A model generated the notes under the pieces. It was not told where the DNA came from, searched no databases, and saw nothing but the letters and a program-made list of their open reading frames with translations. Positions 25,880 through 37,800 of a stretch of DNA of 64,000 bases are shown piece after piece (positions within the stretch are counted from its first letter, which is position 1; every line of letters begins with the position of its first letter). Made by a program: the position numbers and the translations under genes. The stretch comes from Camelus dromedarius. Lineage: Eukaryota. The stretch spans positions 113,462,001-113,526,000 of the forward strand of contig NC_087437.1 in assembly GCF_036321535.1 (NCBI RefSeq), read 5' to 3'.

Positions 25880-28800
25880 CTGCTTCCAGTTTCAGCTCCA
25901 AAATGTCAAGAGCTTAGGAGTCATCACTCCTCTCTTTACAACAAGGAAAAAAAAAAACTGATAATCCACAAGTTTTCTTGGATCTGTTAGAGAATTGAGG
26001 TTGCAGGGCAAATTGCCACCCAGAAATCTTGAGAGGCTGGTGAATATGGAAAATTGTGCTGAGGTGCGCTTACTGGGAGCAGAAGCCACTGGAGCCATAA
26101 ACTGGTAGCAACACTTCAGTGGTAACTTTGGCAAATTGTTGGAGGCTGAGTATAGGCTAGTGTGACAGTAAGAAACTCCTGGGGGCTGAAGCTGTGTCTG
26201 TACGTATGGGGGCGGGGTGGGGCCACTCTCCTTGGTTTTTCATTTAGGAGTTCCTCCAGGTCCTCATGGGATCCAGTATAAAATCAGTGGGTTACAGCTG
26301 AAGGAGCTGCAAGACAGACCATTTAAGGAAGGGGTCTTAGGAAAGCCCAAAGACAGAAACGGAGACAAGAACAAGGGCATTAGAGGAATTTGAGGCCTCT
26401 GGCACATACAGCTACAGCAAACATTAAACACAGCCCACCTCCTAGCTAGACGAATGTAAAATCTCACACTAAAGCCTGATTCACCTCAGTTCCTATTACC
26501 CGATACATCATACCCGGTTTCCAAGTCAGAAACAAGGCATGACAGAAGGCAAGAAAAAACAGTCTGAAGAGTCAAAACAAGCAACAGGACCAGACTCAGA
26601 TATGAAGTAGATTTTGGAGTTATTAGACAGGGATTTTAACTGGTTAACATGATAAGGGCTGTGATGGAAAAAGAAGACTGTGCAAGAACAGATGGGTAAT
26701 GTCAGTTGGGAGGTGGAAACTCTAAGACTCAAAAGGAAAATCTAGAAATAAAAACACTAACAGAAATGAGAAATGCCTCTGATGAGCCCATCAACAGACT
26801 GGACATGGCTGAGGAAAGAATCAGCGAGCTTGCAAATACGTCAGTAGAAACCTCCAAAACTATAAGGTAAAGAGGAAAAAAAAAAAGAAAGAAAGAAAAA
26901 CAAAAATCAGAACATCTACAAACTTTGGGACAATTTTAAAAGGTGTAATATATGTGTAGTAGAAATACCAGAAGGAAAAGGAAGAGAAAACAGAGTGGAA
27001 GAACTATTTGAAGTATTAACGGCTGAGAACTTGCCAAAATTAATGACAGACACCAAACCACAGATCCAGGAATCTCAGGGAACACCAGGCAAGATAAATA
27101 CCAAATATTCTACACCAAGGCGTATTCATATTGAAACTGCAGAAACCCTAAAGACAAAGGGAACATCTTGGAAGAAGCCAGAAAGGAAAGGTAGGAGGAG
27201 ACACCTTACCCAGAAAGAAACAAGGATAAGAATGACTTCAGACTACTCTTCAGAAACCATGCAAGGAAAACTCAAGTATGGGAAACGTTTATCGAGTATG
27301 GGAAACATTTAAAGTGTTGAAAGAAAAAAGCTACCAAACCTAGGAGCCTGTATTCAGCAAAATTATCCTTCAAAGGTGAAGAAGAAATAAAGCCATTCTT
27401 TGACAAACAAAAACTGAACTAATTTATCCAACAGACCTGCCCTGCAGGAAATGTTTAAAAAAAAAATTCTTTAGAGGAAAGGAAAATAATATAGGTCAGA
27501 AACTTGGATCTGCATAAAGAAAGGAAGAGCATTATAGAAAGAATAAATGAAGGTGAAATAAAGTCCTACTTTTCCTATTCTTAATTGATCCAAAAGATAA
27601 CTCTCTGTTTAGAGTGATAAAAGTAATGTATCGGGTAGTTGTTAAGATATGGATTCAGTGAGATGAGTTGAGAGTAGTGACAAATGGGGGGGAAGAAGTA
27701 ATCTCGTTATCTGACCATGACTTACATTCCTTACACATGTATTTTGCAAACTCTAGGACAACACTGAAAACACTTTTTTTTAAAGTATAGTTGATATGCT
27801 AAGAGAGGAGATAAAGTGGAATAGAATCATATAAAATGCTCAGTTAAAACCCGAGAAGGCAGAAAAAAAGGAGAGAAAAAAAGAACAACTACATCAATAA
27901 TCACTTTAAATTTGAATAATCTAATAAATGCACCAACTAAAAGACAGAGATTGTCAGAGTGAATTAAAAACAAGACTCAACTATATGTTGTCTACAGGAA
28001 CCTACTTTAACGACAAAGACTCAGGTTAAAAGTAAAGGGATAGAGAAAGACCGGGCTAACACCAGTCAAAAGAAAGCCAGAGTAGCTGTATTGATTTTAT
28101 ACAAAACGGACTTGAGAAGAAGGAGAAATATCAAAGATAACAAGGGAATTACATGATGAAAAAGGAGGCAGTGCTCTAAGACGTAACAGTCCTTAATATG
28201 TGTGCACCTACCAGCAGTGTCAAAAAGCATGAGGCACAGATAGGACTGCAGGGAGAAGGAGAGAAGCGCTCTGCTGCAGCTGAAGACTTCACAGCCCTCT
28301 TTCAGTAACTGATACATCAATAAGGCAGAGAATTAGGGCATCACTGATTGAACTGTACCACCAACCAACTTGATTTCATGAACATCTTTGGAAAATTGCA
28401 TCCAACAGCAGCAGAGTACACATTCTCATGAGGGCTCACAGGGAACATTCACCAAGACCATCAAACGCACCGTAACAAGTTTAAAAGAGCAGAAATCGTA
28501 CAGAGTATATTCTCAGGCCACAATTGTTTAAATTAAACAATCAATAACAGGAAGATAGCTGGAAAATCCCTAAATACTTGAAGCTTCAACAACCCATTTT
28601 TAAATAACCCATGGGTCAAATAAGAAGTCCCCGGAGATATTAAAATATATTCTGAACTGAATGAAAATCCAACATCACAATTTGTGGGATGGGGCAAAAG
28701 CAGTGCTCAGAGGGAAATTTATAGCATCTAGTGCGTATGTTAGAAAAGAACGATCCAGAATTAATAAGCTTCCACCTTAGGAAACTAGAGAAGAGAAGAG

Positions 28801-28925
28801 CAAAATAAACCTAAAGCAAGGAGAAGAAAAGAAATAATAAAAATTAGAGTAGAAATCAAAGAAATGGAATACAACAGAGTGGCAGAAAATGAACAAAACC
28901 AAAAGCTGTTCTTTGAGAAATTTAA
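25880..28925 (+). mobile_element. Old L1M element (5'UTR, ORF1, start of ORF2 endonuclease), antisense to RUNX1
   Basis: ORF 26995-27312 EELFEVLTAENLPKLMTDTKPQIQESQGTPGKIN is L1 ORF1p. 'atcaataatcactttaaat', 'ctatatgttgtctacagga' and 'ccaacagcagcagagtacacattctc' are ORF2 endonuclease-region hallmarks. Confidence 0.85.
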
Positions 28926-31900
28926 AACACCCGACTTTGTCCTCATGTTCCTGCCAGGCTGTGGGAGAGGATGGCCAGAGATGCCTCCTGAGTCTCCTCG
29001 GAGCATGTACCTCTCTGGGCTGTTTAACCCCCACCCTTAGAACCTGGGTCCCCAACAGCACACACGTGCGGGGACACCTTCCCTCCCCCAGGGCCAGGAG
29101 AAGGTTGCCGTGGCTCCGTCACTGCTTGTTAGAGTTAGAATGCCCTTTCTTCGGCTGTTTGGCTGACACCTTTAAAGAGCTGGCCTTTCATTCACCTTCC
29201 AGAGCCATTTAAAAACAAAGACCAGACAGTTCTGTATGCTGTGGGGCCCCAGGGTCTATTTTGAAAAGAGCCAAACCTATGTGGTGAACATATAAACCGT
29301 CGGAGCCGCTCTGGTTTTTTCCCTAGAGGATTTCCACCCCCCCTTTCAGCTTGGAAGACAGCAGGGCAGTTCCCAGGGTGCCCTCCAAGTTCACCTCAGT
29401 CATGGGCAGCTGGTGTAATGCCCTCTTGGATGCCTCAGAACACACAACAGGATGTGACTCAGGACTCAGAGATGTGAGTCAGTCTCCAGGGCGATGTGTC
29501 AGGGCGAGCCCCAGTGGTGGCTGCATCTCCCTGTCTGGGACCCCAGAGAACATGATCTGGGCTCCCCTGTAAACAAAAGGGGTGCCCCCAGATGCTTCGC
29601 TGCCAACTTCAGAACCTCGTGACAGCAGCTTTCATGGCCCCGGGGCCCGGGTAATTCTCTGCTAGGAAAGGGGCATCTCCCTGAAAGTGCCACTGTCCTT
29701 CTGAAGTGCCGTTCCCTCCGGCCTGTGCAGTCCAAGTGCAACGGCACAGCAGACACCGGGTTAGGCTGGTGTTGCTCTCAGTGAAATCCCCCAATAACGC
29801 GAGTCAGTTCCCACCCGCTCCGGCTCCTGGAAAAAGAGAAGTTGGGAAAGAGCTCCAGTAGTTGCCAACCATTTGTCTCCACTGGCTGCAGACATCTTGG
29901 TTAGTCATGTACAGCTAAGATGCATTCTCTGTCCCAGCAGTTACTTTGAAGGGAAGCACCCGGCCCCACGCTGGGGCAGAGACCTGCCTGGGGACTGTAT
30001 GTTTTAAAGGCCATTGGGGTTTTGAGGGATCCCAGCCTCAGAGCTGACTGGTGGGCCTTGCTGGTGGCAGGATGCCTGCAGGAGGGCAGAAGGGAGCTAG
30101 CTGTATGGCCATGTCCCTACCACTCACCTGGGGGACCCGTACCCTGGGCCTGGCGTGCGGAGGCTTCCTGCCTTTGCGGTTGGGGCACTGGGGACCTGGA
30201 ATGCTGGTTCCTAACCTCAGAGCCACCCCCGACCCTGGTGGCTCACCACAGCCCTCTCCCTCTCAAACCTCTGTTCCCTCATCTCTAAAAATGGGGGTAA
30301 CCAGACTCACCTGCCTCACAGGTGTGAGAGTTAATTAATGTTTGTGGAGCAGCTTTGAGAGCCACAGATGAAAGGCGCTCTATAAATGCAAAGAGCCATT
30401 CCTCATTAGAGCTGCCAGACAGTTCCCAGGGGAAACTGGCCAACCCTGGCCACGAGGCCTCTCCCCTCAGCCAGATCAGTCTGAGCTGCGTCTGGAAAAA
30501 GGCTCTGGACTCAGGCACGGTTGTCTCTAAGGCAGGGTCTGGGGATAAGTTACTGGCTTCTAGAAAAGACGGTGGGGGGGGGTTGATAACACCTCTGATT
30601 CTCTGCCAGCACTGCCTCCCCCCGAGTCGGAGGGAGGGTGACTTTCAGTTTATACGGGATGGACGGATCGTGGCTCCAAGGGAAAGGAAAGCACCCCGGT
30701 CTCTGATCTGTCCCCTGTTGCAGACAGGTTCTTTCCATGGACTTTGTTAATCGGTTGCAGACATCTTACCCGTAAAGACTTTCTGCACCCACACTTTCTG
30801 AACCTCTGCCCTCCGTACACATTTTCCAGGCCTGAACTGACTCTACAGACAGGCTGGATAAATTCCTGTAAGGCCAGGCCATCATGCGGCATGTTCAAGT
30901 TATTCCATGACCTTCCTGCTTATTTCTGCCCATGCCTCCATTTCTGTCTCCTCCAACAAAAATCTGAAAACATGAAGGGTAAAGGTGGCTCTCTGCCAGC
31001 TACTCACTCTCCAGCACCCTTGCCCTCTGCTAGTTCTTGAAAGGGATGAGCCAGAGACACCCTGTCGAGGGCTGGGAAATCTCAGGCAGCTTCCAGCTTG
31101 GGACTGAGCCCCCGACATGGAAATAAAGACACTCACATGAGCCAAATTACTGCCACCTCACAGCAGGACTGTAAGCAGGGGAGGCACAGCATCCCCCAGG
31201 CCCACCTATGGCTGAAGCAGCGGGATTTTATGAAGGGACATTCCACCCAGGGCAGGATGTGCTATAGAGAGGACTGCGGAGTTTGAGCACCTTTTTTCTG
31301 TGGCCCAGGGCGTGAGCCTGCTGGAGCCACGCCGAGGGCCAGACTGGCCATGGAAGGCCATGTGCTGATGCAGGGAACCCAGCCATACTTCCCAGAGAGG
31401 CAGCAGCCACCCCTCTGACTGAGTAGATAGTCACAGCCATCCCCAGGCAGATCATGTTAAGTAACGTGGCCAAGGCTTTGCCAGGGTCCTTGAAACGCCT
31501 CAGGGTGGCAGCAGGCAAGAGAAAAATGATGGTGTCATTGGGACCTCGGGGGCCATAAGATACCGACCCTGCCCTTGAGCTTTCAGAATTGGAGAACACG
31601 CTTAAGGCCGGCTCAGAAGGGGATCTGGTCCGCAGCAGGTGCCTGCGGCGCCATTGTGCAGCCTGGCTTCCTCAGAGGTCACTCCATCCAGCTCTGTGCT
31701 AAGCTTTTTACTTCAGCACTTCTGTGGTTTTATAAAAAGTTAGAACCATTGGACAAACTATTTTATGATGATTATTATTATTTTGAGATTTTTTAAACTT
31801 GTTTTAAAGTCATATTGCATCTCCATTTGACCATACTTCCTTGCTCCAGGCTCTAGGCTCCACACACAGTATAGAGCGGCTTGCAGCCCGCCCAGGCAGC

Positions 31901-34659
31901 CTCTGTGTCTTGTGCTCCCCTGTGACCTGGGCCCTAATGCATCCTTACTGGATTTTATGCCAGACACTCTCATTTTAAGTAGCAAACTCTGAAGCATGGC
32001 GTTCTAATAAAACCAGAAGAAGAACTCATATCCGTGGGGAAAAGACAGTGTAATACAGGACGGTCTAGGGAGTGCTGGAAGAGGAAGACGCCTGACTACC
32101 CTTTGGTTTGTGTTGGCTCCAAACATTTCCAGACTTTGGGAACCTTGTCCCTGAACTGTCCCTTGGGGAGAAAGGGCTTGGACAAGGGCCCAGCCAGGTT
32201 GGAGAGTCTGAGAGATTAGGACTGAGTCCCCGGCTCGCCCCTCACTCATGTGCGCTGAGGGAAGCGACTTAACCCCTCGGGCACTGAGTTTCCACACCTC
32301 TGAGGCTGGGGGCGGGGGGTTATGGGGAGGATGAAATGGGATCCTGACCCCATCTTCACTAGTGCAGTACCTGGCTCCCAGGAGGCAAGTCTTCTCTCCC
32401 CGTCCCTTCAGACAAAGATCCTGGGTCCAGAGAGGACCCGCTGGGTGCCACCCCGGCCCGACAGCACTCCACGTGAGGGGGAAGGAGAGGCGCAGCCCCG
32501 CTGAGGCTTCAGGACCAGACACGAGACCTTCCTTGGCCAGCCAGAGGTCTGAGGTGCAAGATGCCGCAGCCCCTCACTGGGGAGAACATGTTTCACCACC
32601 AGTGTGGCATCATTACAGCCGCACTATTCACAGACCTCGAAAATGAAATATAAGCCCTTCCTCCCACTGAGCACCAGCCTCCCTCAGAGGGAGTGCTGTG
32701 GCCACACCGCAGAAGGCACCCACCAGACACAGCACAGAAATCCGACAGCTGAGTGCTGCAGACTGGGGACACGTGGTCCTTCACGTTCGGAGCTGGGATG
32801 CAGGCTCAACGGCAAGTGCTCTTTCTTTAAGAGCTTCCGTTCTACGCTCCCGGCTTAAAGAACACCCTGACCAGGGAAGTGGAGTAGCTGGGGCGCCTCT
32901 CCACACGTGCTCGCTGGCCAAGGCAGCGGCTGCCTTAGCATTTTCCTGTGCTCCCCACCTGTCCCCGCTGCCCCGTCCCAGCTTTCCTTTCCTGCCCCCC
33001 ACACTCACTTTCCTTTCCCACACATCAGGCCAGGCTCCTGGAATCCCCAGCAGCAGGACCAGGCGGACAGTCCCCTTGAGGGATCACCCATCTGCATCCC
33101 TCTAGCATCCTTTCAACCGAAGCAGGAAAACCCAGCACCTGCTGTGTGGGAGCAGCCAGCATTGTACGGTTCCTGGGCGTCCCTTTGCCTCCAACACTCT
33201 GAATATCCACGAAGCTCTGGGGACCTCTCTGGATGCACAAAACAGTGAATGTCTCCCTCTTAAAGAGCACTGCTGTCCCAGCTGGCCCCTGACCCTCCTC
33301 TCCCACTCTGCTATTCTCCAAATAATGACAGATCAGGGCAGCCTGTTCTCTTCACATCAGGAGGGGCCTTACCCCCTATGCCGGAGACAGAAGACAGTGC
33401 GATTCACGGGTTCACCATCTTTTCTGTTGGTGGCCTCGGGGACAGCAGGACTGGTAGCCTTGAGCTCAACATCGTGCTTCATGCCTAAAACAGGACGCCC
33501 CACAGATCCACCATCTCTGCTCCACTTGTGAACCCAAAAGTTTGAAGGAGTAGTGTTTACTATACAACTTAAATGCAAGGCTCCTTCATACGTAAAGAGC
33601 CCCCAAGAAATGGCTCCCTTATGCTTCTCTTTGTTTTTTGAAAATTGCTGATTACTCGGATATTAGCCATCCAAGTGGCAGAGAAGGGGGAGAGGTCAAA
33701 CTGCCTGTCCCTCGGTGGCAGGTTCCCGTGCTAGAATAAGCAGGTGTCTCTGGCCTGAGAGCTGGGGGGATGGCTGTCAGTTTCTTCTGTGGAAGCAGAC
33801 AGCTCCCTCTTTGCCGCCTGCTTCTCCTGCGGTCTCCCCCGCCTCCCCGTGAGGTCCTCGCAAGAGGAATTTGCTCACCCAAGTCTGCAGCTCACCCCAA
33901 AGAACTGACCTTGACGTGAACTAATTGGGGCTGCGCTGGATTAATAGCAGGTTGCTGAGGTGGAGCTTTGCTGCATCAAGGAGGCCTTTGAAGATAAGGG
34001 CCGCGTGCGCTTTCATAAGCTCATCCCTGGTGCTCGGAACAAAGGACACAGACTAATAAAGTCAGATTCATCTAGGGGCAATCTCCGCTCGCAGAGGAAT
34101 ATCACCCCAAACTCTGATGCAGAAAGGCAAATGGGAATCTGCCGGAATTCTTTTCAACTCCAACACAGATCTCGATTTAAAAACTGACGTGTGCACACAC
34201 ACACAAACTCTTGGTAATAAGCAGACCTCTGATGATCTAAAGATCCACAGCTTCATTTATTGACTTAGAGAAAGTAAATGGCATTTCAAATACAACCTTC
34301 ATACTTTTAACAGATGAGGTCACCCTGAGAAAGACGATACTGTGAGCCCAGCAGTGGGAAACCTCTCTCCAGAGAACCGCTTTGATTTACAAGGTCAAGG
34401 AAGGCTTTAGCAGAGAAGCGATGGTTTTTAGTGACTTGGACTAAAATGAAGATTTAAAAAAAAAATTAAAAGCCAAGTTTGAGGGAGCAGACAACTCGAA
34501 ACTCTTGCTCAACAAAAGGATGACCCTTGGCGAACAGGGACCCTCGAGGGCTCCAGAAGTCAGGGGTCGGCAGTGAGTTACTGCTGGGGAGAGAGGCCCA
34601 AGCAGGTGCCATCATGCAGAAGGCGACATCCTGTGTGGACTGACTGAACCCTTGTGAAT

Positions 34660-34865
34660 TTCCCAGGTGGGTCTCTACAGGGGCAGAGTCTCCTCCAGGG
34701 GACACTGGGCAACACCTGGAGACGTGGTGGCTGTCACCCCTCCTACCCTACGGGGTGAGGGGGCACTACTGGCATCTTGTGGGTGGAGGCCAGGGGTGCT
34801 GTTAAACGTCCCACAGTGCACAGGATGGCCCCCAAATGCCAGTGGTGCCTTAGGAAACCCAGCCC
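34660..34865. mobile_element. MER20-like DNA transposon fossil
   Basis: 'ccaggggacactgggcaacacctggagac...ctactggcatcttgtgggtggaggccaggggtgctgttaaac...cagtgcacagga'. Confidence 0.65.
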
Positions 34866-37800
34866 AGGGTAGGCCTGCACCACCACGATTTCAAATCAGG
34901 ATGACAAAGCCAGATGATGTGACTTCCAGAGGTGCCCCCAGACTCAGAGAAATTTAACGTGGCACTGTCCCCTGGGCCAAGTACATGAAACAGCAGTGTG
35001 AGGAGATGGGCTGTGGTGGGCACCTTCTGGAGCCTTTCTGGGAACCCAGGGGTGGCTGGAGGCCATCCGTCTGCCGTCAGAACGCTGTCCCCACGCCAGG
35101 GCTGGGGACGGCTGCGGTCTCACGGTCTCATGGCCTGGCACCCAGACTTGGAGCTGGCGTACCAAGCCCTGGGTGAGCTGCAGTTGTAAACGGCCAACAA
35201 GATCACTCCTGAGCTGACCGTCGGCTTTGCCACCTGGGAAGGGACAGGCTAGCTAGCGCTTGTCTCCCGAGCTACCCGGCCATGAGTCACTTGTAACTAG
35301 ATAATGATGCAAATCGCTGTCAACATTTCTAAGGTTTCATTCCAATATCCCATGGCACGATGGAGCAGAAAGCAACCTCGGAGCCTCTCTGCACCAGCCC
35401 CACCTCGGAGAGAGCCCCTCTGTTGCCCACGGCAGGTCAGTGACAGGGCAGAGACAGGCCTTCTGGTTGTCTGTAGAATGCTGTCTTTACTATATGCTGA
35501 TTGACATCATTTACTCCCCTCCCCCAACCCAGTTACCATATACTGACAAAACGAAGAAACTGGTCTCAGCTTCCAAAAAGAAAAAAAAAAGTAATCTCCA
35601 CGCACAGTGCCCTTTGGATGCTGGGGAGGGGCACCTGTTCCTGTTCACAGCTCTGGGATTCTGAGCTTTGTGGGGCCGGCGGGGAGGTCCTCACTTCACT
35701 TACGTCTCTTTTCCATCCTGAAACTGAGCCCCAGCAACCCCAGATGACAAGTAAAAATTGGTAACTGTTGCTGTGAATTCACGAATAACACGAATCAAAA
35801 TTAGGGAGGGAGGGTACCATTCCCCGCTCCCCGCTCTCTGGCTGTGTTTCGGGGGTGCTCGTGGGAGGCAGGCTTCCAGAAAAGAGGAGGCAGCAAGGAT
35901 CACACTGTCCCCTAGCTCTGCCTTCTCTTCTAAGAACCTCGAACTGCCAAGTGGCTGCCACCAACGTGCTGATTTTAAACCCTTTTATGGAAAGCGCCAT
36001 TCCCTCTCCTGCTCACATCACTTAAAATAATGAGTTAGCTGCACTTGTATTAGTCTGTCTTTCAAGTGGATTAAATTCATGGGCTCGTTCCCCTGCAGTC
36101 TCGCAAGCTTTGGCCTGGCTGTCTGAACCTCCAGATTAGACAGACGAGCACATGCCAGACGGCAGTGAAACGCAATTACCTAGGCAAACTTTTGAAGGAT
36201 TTGAGCCCTGGGGCACAGGCTGTTTACGACAGACTAAAAGCACCGTTTGTACTGAGCTAGACCAGTTGCCTCTGTCTTTTTGAGTTCTGGATCCCGCCTG
36301 CCACCGGACTCCAGGCAGGATTTCTAGGGGCCTGATAACATCAGGCTTCTGTCCGCACCTCGGCACCTCAGGGTCTTTGCTGTTTTCCAACGAGAAAATG
36401 CAAGTACCAACAAAAGCCTATTATAACATCTCCCTTTGTGCTCACTGACTCGCTCTCATTGGTTTATTTTCTTGTATTGTGCACCACCCCGAGAAAAGGC
36501 AGCGAGAAGCCGTCCTACAGCTAGCAGCTTGGCTCCGGACCGTCTTGGAAACAAACAAGCTTTCCAATAAACAGGAACTTCCTGTCATCTTTTAAAAAAA
36601 AAAGCAAACCAGCCTCAACAACACGTCTGAAGCACTTTCCCCTTGATTGGGCCGGGGGACCGAGGGAGAGAAGGTGAAGAATGTGAGGGGGAGGGCTGAT
36701 AGGAGGGGCGGCCAAGGGCCCTCCCTCTGGTGGTCCGCGTAGCGTTCTTTCTTTCAGACAGAGACCAGCGGGGCCCACACAGATAGGGCAGGGCGGTCCT
36801 TCATCCAGCAGCTGAAGACGCAAACTGGACGACAAGAAGGGGAAAGGGGGTTACCTTGGCTTCCATAGTCCTATCAGGCACGTGGTGACGCTGTCACGGC
36901 AGTGGTGAAATGTTTCAGCGTTTGGGGGACCTGAGGCCGGTCAGTGGGTCAGTCTGGGCAAAAGACTGTGACTAGGGCTGGGGAGGCAGATAGGGCTGGC
37001 AGGAGAAAGAATGAAACTGAAAGGATGGATTTGAGAAGTGCTGGAACCCAGAGGCAGGCTTGGGGGAAGGAGGCAATCCAGGGACACCTGGGCACTGCAG
37101 GAGGGGCAGAACGCAGATACGGAGGAGCGGGTGGGGCGAGTGGTGTCACAAAGAAGTAGTGGACGAACAACATGGTCTTTGGGGTTTAAATCTATAAGTA
37201 TACGTGCAAACCTGGGTTCAGGTATTTGAATGACAGCCTCAGGTGAGCTGTCTGAGAAGCCAGGCTGATGGGAAGGAAGACGCAAGAAAGTCTGGCCTGG
37301 GGAGAGGGACAGCAAAGGGGAAGGGGTCGCTGGCTTTTCACAGAGGCTGTAGAAGGTAATGAGGTCAGAAAATCAAGAATCGTAGGGGCTTCTCATTTTC
37401 CTCTTTGTCACAAAAGGGGAGGGAAAGGGCCTGGGGAGGGGTAGATGTGTTCTCACCTGGGCAGGCCCAGTTGGGCTCCGTCCCCAAGGTTCCTGGCTGG
37501 GCTTGGGAAGCAGAGAAAGCGAGAAGCTAAAGCACCGAGTTGGTGCTTTGGGAGGAAGGAAGTCATTTGGGGCAGGAAATTTTAAACTTGGGATGAAAAC
37601 CTACAAATCCTGAAAGCAGGGAAAATGCTTCTTCAATGACTCCCACTGACCCCTAACCCTGAAGATCTGGGCCAGGGTCGTGGGGTCTGGAGATGTGAGA
37701 CAGAGAGTTCCTGCCCGCCTGGAACTTCTAGAACTTGTCATTCTCAGCACCAGGATTCCACACGGGGAGGAAAGGGGCAGGTGGGTGGGGGTTCCATGTT

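Noticed and set aside
27275..27311. AGTATGGGAAAC(G/A)TTTA repeated with a 20-bp period
   Set aside because: Simple local duplication inside a dead L1, only two copies; not an array or CRISPR-like structure.
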